The notes beneath the pieces are model-generated. The model made no database searches. It saw only the letters and a list, made by a program, of their open reading frames with translations, and was not told the origin of the DNA. The translations under genes and the position numbers were made by a program. A DNA stretch of 32,000 bases, taken from an uncultured Lentisphaeria bacterium. Its GTDB lineage: Bacteria; Verrucomicrobiota; Lentisphaeria; JABSQK01; JAJFLO01. The stretch is from NCBI GenBank assembly GCA_951812855.1, contig OX638337.1, positions 870,001 to 902,000 of the forward strand, in the 5' to 3' direction. Shown piece by piece: positions 28,732 through 32,000 of this stretch (the first letter of the stretch is position 1; each line of letters opens with the position of its first letter).

Positions 28732-29168
28732 GCGATAAATCTGAGAATCTAGCGGTTTACGGTATTTATGTTCAAACGATTACTGCAAACGAGCAAAGGC
28801 GACAAGCCTTAGCTGCTTTTTACCTTTCTTTGGTTGCCGCAGGCATTGCGTTATTGGCGTCTGATGAAATAACTCAATATGTTGCTATTGCAATACCAAT
28901 ATCAATCGTTTCTATTGTCTGGTTTTCTACAATTAAGTACTTTAGAAATTTGGCTAAGGCCAAATTTAAGGTCATCGAAGAGTTGGAAAATGACTTTGTT
29001 ATCAAGCCTTTCGCCAAGGAATGGGAGTTCTACAAATCTGGTGGAAGTAGGTTTAAAATTAGTCTCACCCATATTGAGCTAATTATACCAGTAATGATTT
29101 TTATAGTTTCAACTTTATATGTTTTATATTCGTTCTACCAGTTTATAAAATTATGGTTTGAGTGCTAG
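28728..29168 (+). CDS. 3-TM membrane protein, putative effector partner of the TIR-like protein (SLATT-like topology)
   Basis: The ATG at 28728 overlaps the TIR-gene TGA (ATGA). An N-terminal amphipathic helix (YVQTITANEQRRQAL) is followed by a tight TM hairpin (AAFYLSLVAAGIALLAS / YVAIAIPISIVSIVWFS), a basic helical linker and a third TM (IELIIPVMIFIVSTLYVLYSFY). No soluble sensor domain is present. Confidence 0.6.
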   Translation: MSDKSENLAVYGIYVQTITANEQRRQALAAFYLSLVAAGIALLASDEITQYVAIAIPISIVSIVWFSTIKYFRNLAKAKFKVIEELENDFVIKPFAKEWEFYKSGGSRFKISLTHIELIIPVMIFIVSTLYVLYSFYQFIKLWFEC

Positions 29169-29193
29169 TGCGTAGTCGGTTGCGTAATTTATC

Positions 29194-29306
29194 ACATAAC
29201 AAATTTGTCATAGGGACATTTTTGCAGTGCTCCGTTTTGCGGTGGCTGTGCCACTTTACCGCAAAACTACACAACCCCAAAAATGCCCCATACAAAGGCG
29301 TTATAC
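29194..29306 (+). repeat. attC recombination site (113 bp)
   Basis: ACATAAC-AAA-TTTGT(C)AT.GGG.CATTTTTG ... CAAAAATGCCCCAT-ACAAA-GGC-GTTATAC. The arms pair with unpaired (extrahelical) bases and enclose an inner 10-bp stem, GTTTTGCGGT/ACCGCAAAAC. It ends 22 nt before the next ORF's ATG. Confidence 0.6.
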
Positions 29307-29327
29307 CCACAAGGAGAATTAAGAAGC

Positions 29328-29756
29328 ATGAAAGAGCAAGAATACGCAGGGTTTTGGATTAGATTCGGTGCAGAGCTAATCGACTTAGTAATAAGGATTA
29401 TCGTTCTGTGTGTCCCGCTTTCGTTTATTTATGGCGAAGAATACTATGGTTTTTGGCGTGTGCTGTTGGGAGATATTGTTCCCATGGTTGCAACAGTTTG
29501 GTTTTGGCTACGTTTTTTTGGAACACCACGAAAAATGGCAACTAAACTAAAAATCGTCGATGCAAAAACAGAAAATAAACTATCTCTCGGGCAAGCTATC
29601 GGTAGATATTTTGCCTATATACCAGCATGGCTACCATTAGGGCTAGGGGTTATCTGGGTTGGTATAGACAAAAAGAAACAAGGCTGGCATGACAAATTAG
29701 CCGGTACCGTTGTCATCAGAACCAATGAGTCAGAGCCAGTAAATTTCGATGAATAA
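29328..29756 (+). CDS. RDD-family membrane protein
   Basis: AAGGAG RBS before the ATG at 29328. YAGFWIRFGAELIDLVI, TPRKMATKLKIVD, GWHDKLAGTVVI: the three signature R/D/D positions and the TM pattern of the RDD family. Confidence 0.85.
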   Translation: MKEQEYAGFWIRFGAELIDLVIRIIVLCVPLSFIYGEEYYGFWRVLLGDIVPMVATVWFWLRFFGTPRKMATKLKIVDAKTENKLSLGQAIGRYFAYIPAWLPLGLGVIWVGIDKKKQGWHDKLAGTVVIRTNESEPVNFDE

Positions 29757-29839
29757 GGTATAAGCACTCGGACAGCAAAAAGCGTTGCTTTTTGTTCCCT
29801 CCGCTGCGCTCCGGCTGTCCGCTTAGCTTGGCGTTAAGT
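29752..29839 (+). repeat. probable attC site (degenerate R'' box)
   Basis: TAAGC(ACT)CGGACAGC ... GCTGTCCGCTTA outer stem, inner hairpin AAAAAGC-GTT-GCTTTTT, ending in GTTAAGT (29833-29839, fits GTTRRRY) 17 nt before the next ATG. The 5' box (AATAAGG/TATAAGC) lacks a clean AAC. Confidence 0.4.
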
Positions 29840-29855
29840 GTCTTAAGAGGAAATT

Positions 29856-30242
29856 ATGCAAATTCTAGGATTCATTGTTTTTCTGAATGTATCGCATCTT
29901 GGAGTAATGCAAATTTTTCGCCTTACTACCTGTCATGCGTATTTTTGTAAGGCGATCCCCTTATTAATTCTTTACGGTGCTGGTGTTGCATGGGTTCTCT
30001 TTGCTCTGGGAATGCACCCATTCTTTTTGTGGCAGCTAATTCTAGCTTCAATTTGGCTGTTTGTTATTGGCCGCAAACAAACCAAAATGGCAGAGGCCAT
30101 GCTGTCAATGGCAGGTGAAGATGCAGATTCAGTGCGTTTAATCGCTGTATCTACTGTAAAAACAATCCGTTACTATACATATAGTTCATTTGTCTATGTT
30201 GCAGTATTCTCAGGCACATATATTTGGCTATACAACACTTAA
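29856..30242 (+). CDS. hypothetical polytopic membrane protein (single-gene cassette)
   Basis: RBS AGAGGA. 128 aa with 3-4 hydrophobic helices. No family recognised. Its stop codon lies inside the R'' box of the following attC. Confidence 0.55.
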   Translation: MQILGFIVFLNVSHLGVMQIFRLTTCHAYFCKAIPLLILYGAGVAWVLFALGMHPFFLWQLILASIWLFVIGRKQTKMAEAMLSMAGEDADSVRLIAVSTVKTIRYYTYSSFVYVAVFSGTYIWLYNT

Positions 30243-30308
30243 CAAGGCCAGCCAGAGGGGTGACAAAACCGCTGCACGCTTTTGTCACCCTGCTGGCGGG
30301 CGTTAGGC
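30237..30308 (+). repeat. canonical attC recombination site (72 bp)
   Basis: R'' ACTTAAC (RYYYAAC), L'' GCCAG(C)CAG, 10-bp stem GGTGACAAAA/TTTTGTCACC around an 11-nt loop, L' CTGCTGGC, R' GTTAGGC (GTTRRRY). One arm carries unpaired bases. The upstream ORF's TAA is embedded in R''. Confidence 0.8.
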
Positions 30309-30328
30309 AAAAATTAAGGAAATAAGCT

Positions 30329-31189
30329 ATGTCAACAACCGCAATTGTATTCATTATCGCAACAATATTATTTTTTATATTGGCATTTTTAGGGATAAAA
30401 ATAGTTCCCCAGAGTGAAAATCACGTTGTTGAGAGGTTTGGTAAATATAGAAAGACCTTGAAAGCGGGTTTGAATTTTGTAGTACCGTTACTTGATAGGA
30501 TTGCAAAACGCTTAAGCATTCTTGAACGGCAATTGCCCGAAAAACCACATGATGTTATCACTAAAGATAATGTTACGATAGTTATAACAAACACCATATT
30601 CTTTAGAATAATTGATGCAGGGAAGGCTGCATATAGAATTCATGATTTGGAAGGTGCCATAAGTAATGCTGTTACTGGCACAGTCCGTTCTATTATTGGA
30701 GCCATCGAATTCGATGAGGTTCAGTCTCATAGAGAGCAAATTAATCAAAAGATTAAATCGAGTCTTGAAGAAACATGTTCCGATTGGGGAGTAGATGTTA
30801 CTCGCACTGAGATATTGGATGTCCAAGTTGATCAAAAAACCCAAACAGCAATGCATCTCCAAATTAGTGCCGAGCGTGATAGGCGTGCATCAGTGATGGA
30901 AGCAGAAGGTAAGAAAAAATCAATGGAGCTAGAGGCGGATGCAGCTCTCTATGCCGCACAAAAACAAGCTGAAGCCAAAAGAATGCTTGCAGATGCCGAT
31001 GCTTACGCAACAAAAACAATCGCAGAAGCAATCAATAATGAAGGGGCATCAGCTATTCAATTTGAAATACAAAAAAAGCAAGTAGAGGCAATTGGAGAAC
31101 TTTCGAGTTCTAATAACGCCAAAGTAATCCTACTACCAAATGATATCATAAGTGCATTAACTTCACTCCCTAATATATTTGGAAAATGA
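30329..31189 (+). CDS. SPFH/band-7 (stomatin/QmcA-like) membrane protein
   Basis: N-terminal TM anchor, then VPQSENHVVERFGKYRKTLKAGLNFVVP...DVITKDNV...AISNAVTGTVRSIIG...R..I.....L......WGV.V..TEI.DV, and an Ala/Glu/Lys-rich coiled coil. Confidence 0.9.
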   Translation: MSTTAIVFIIATILFFILAFLGIKIVPQSENHVVERFGKYRKTLKAGLNFVVPLLDRIAKRLSILERQLPEKPHDVITKDNVTIVITNTIFFRIIDAGKAAYRIHDLEGAISNAVTGTVRSIIGAIEFDEVQSHREQINQKIKSSLEETCSDWGVDVTRTEILDVQVDQKTQTAMHLQISAERDRRASVMEAEGKKKSMELEADAALYAAQKQAEAKRMLADADAYATKTIAEAINNEGASAIQFEIQKKQVEAIGELSSSNNAKVILLPNDIISALTSLPNIFGK

Positions 31190-31455
31190 ATATGGAAATC
31201 CTGTATTCAATAAATTTTTGGCTGATTGTTGGGTTTTTTCTCGCTATTTTAGAAATATTTTCAGGCTTATTTATTGCACTGTGTTTTTCTGTGGCTAGCT
31301 TTCTTATGGCAATAGTATTTTGGTTGTGGCCTAACATTGGCATAGAATGGTATGAGATTATATTTCTACATTCATTTATTGGTTTTTCTGTAGCATCACT
31401 TACATGGCTGAAACTCCGAAGAAATCAAAAGGAACTTCCAGACATTAATGACTAA
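31186..31455 (+). CDS. NfeD-like membrane protein lacking the OB-fold domain
   Basis: ATGA overlap with the SPFH stop. 89 aa. FWLIVGFFLAILEIFSGLFIAL resembles the NfeD membrane module. Gene order matches qmcA-ybbJ. There is no C-terminal beta-rich domain. Confidence 0.55.
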   Translation: MNMEILYSINFWLIVGFFLAILEIFSGLFIALCFSVASFLMAIVFWLWPNIGIEWYEIIFLHSFIGFSVASLTWLKLRRNQKELPDIND

Positions 31456-31458
31456 ATC

Positions 31459-31502
31459 ACATAACCAGTGCATCCAGCCGACCGCTGGAAGCACAGTTCG
31501 TA
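31459..31502 (+). repeat. possible short or truncated attC site
   Basis: ACATAAC (identical to the box at 29194) followed by the CAGTGCATCCAGC-CGACC-GCTGGAAGCACAG hairpin (11/13 bp), then GTTCGTA. Shorter than typical attC sites, and the R' box is non-canonical beyond GTT. Confidence 0.35.
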
Positions 31503-31520
31503 TAAAAAGGTCATTTTATA

Positions 31521-31805
31521 TTAAAGTTCAGTCGCGTTGTTGAAGCTCATCGTATATCTTCCAGCGTCCCGTTGGTCACTGATTCCGAGTAATCGCTCAG
31601 CTTCCTCTATGGAGGAGGCATTGAAGATATCCCGAATATCCTGTGCGACCTCACAACGCATTTCTTTCTCAGGTACGTAAGCCGTGGCATTGTACTGAAG
31701 GTGAACCTGGCAGCGTTTCCGGGGAAAAACCTCCTCTGACGGTTGTTAGATCAGACAATACGACTTGTCCAGTCTACCCCCTCCGAAGTGCCCGGTCCCT
31801 TGTAA
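31521..31805 (-). pseudogene. IS256-family (Mutator-type) transposase internal fragment
   Basis: The reverse strand reads ...GRLDKSYCLI*QPSEEVFPRKRCQVHLQYNATAYVPEKEMRCEVAQDIRDIFNASSIEEAERLL, then a frameshift. This matches my recollection of the IS256/IS1081 core (vFP...QRC.vH..RN....VPk.....va.dl..IF.a.....A). It has internal stops, spans fewer than 100 codons, has no ends, and is visibly more GC-rich than its flanks. Confidence 0.7.
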
Positions 31806-32000
31806 TGTTATCCGTTCTGTTTATTATAACATGAAGAACACAAAAAATGAAAAATTCTAATTATTTTAGGTTCAGACTTAATTCATAATCTGGATTAAAC
31901 AGTATGGATAAAATATCAAAACATCTGAAAGGGACACTGACGTTCATCGAGTTTTTCCTCAAATTCAGGAGATCGTGTCGCATAAGATAATCCCTAACCT

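Larger units (their letters stand above)
27983..31502 (+). mobile_element. integron-type gene-cassette array without an integrase in the window (CALIN-like), about 4 cassettes
   Basis: Eight co-oriented ORFs are grouped into units, each ending in an imperfect palindrome bounded by xxxxAAC ... GTTxxxx. One site (30237-30308) is fully canonical. RBS-proximal starts lie close behind each GTT. There is no tyrosine recombinase anywhere in the 28 kb upstream. Confidence 0.65.

Noticed and set aside
29162-29362. 66-aa ORF, and the long form (from 29283) of the RDD ORF.
   Set aside because: Both read through the attC palindrome at 29194-29306. The RDD protein has a strong AAGGAG RBS and its family N-terminus at the ATG at 29328.
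30151-30354. 67-aa minus-strand ORF.
   Set aside because: It spans the canonical attC (30237-30308) and overlaps two better-supported plus-strand genes.
31643-31834. 63-aa plus-strand ORF from the track.
   Set aside because: It is antisense to the recognisable IS256-family transposase fragment, so it is a shadow ORF in GC-richer DNA.

Overview
This is an AT-rich chromosomal segment from a bacterium with Gram-negative-type envelope genes (LpxL-family acyltransferase, MraY, MurA, lytic transglycosylase). The phylum cannot be assigned from the sequence alone. Positions 1 to about 27.8 kb look like ordinary core genome: an nfeD-floA membrane-microdomain operon, plsY-gpsA, murA, acyP, rbgA, queA, smpB, lexA, a cold-shock gene, clpP, an lpxL-like gene, mraY, ribD-ribE, a secreted PLD/Nuc-type nuclease, rapA, tRNA-Gln(CUG) and tRNA-Arg(CCU). 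Several decayed gene remnants are interspersed: a response-regulator receiver fragment, an FG-GAP/ASPIC-type repeat fragment, a dockerin-like fragment and a 5'-truncated DUF480 gene. The accessory part is about 27.98-31.8 kb. It is a run of co-oriented short ORFs, each followed by an imperfect palindromic element with RYYYAAC...GTTRRRY-type ends. I read this as an integron-type gene-cassette array with no integrase in the window (CALIN-like), cut off on the right by a GC-richer IS256-family transposase fragment. The first cassette carries a TIR-like (DUF1863/ThsB-like) protein whose stop overlaps (ATGA) the start of a small 3-TM protein. That pair is my best candidate for an undescribed compact immune or abortive-infection module. 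The other cassettes encode an RDD-family protein, an orphan polytopic membrane protein and an SPFH + NfeD-like pair. All family assignments come from reading the translations and recalling family motifs; no database search was run.
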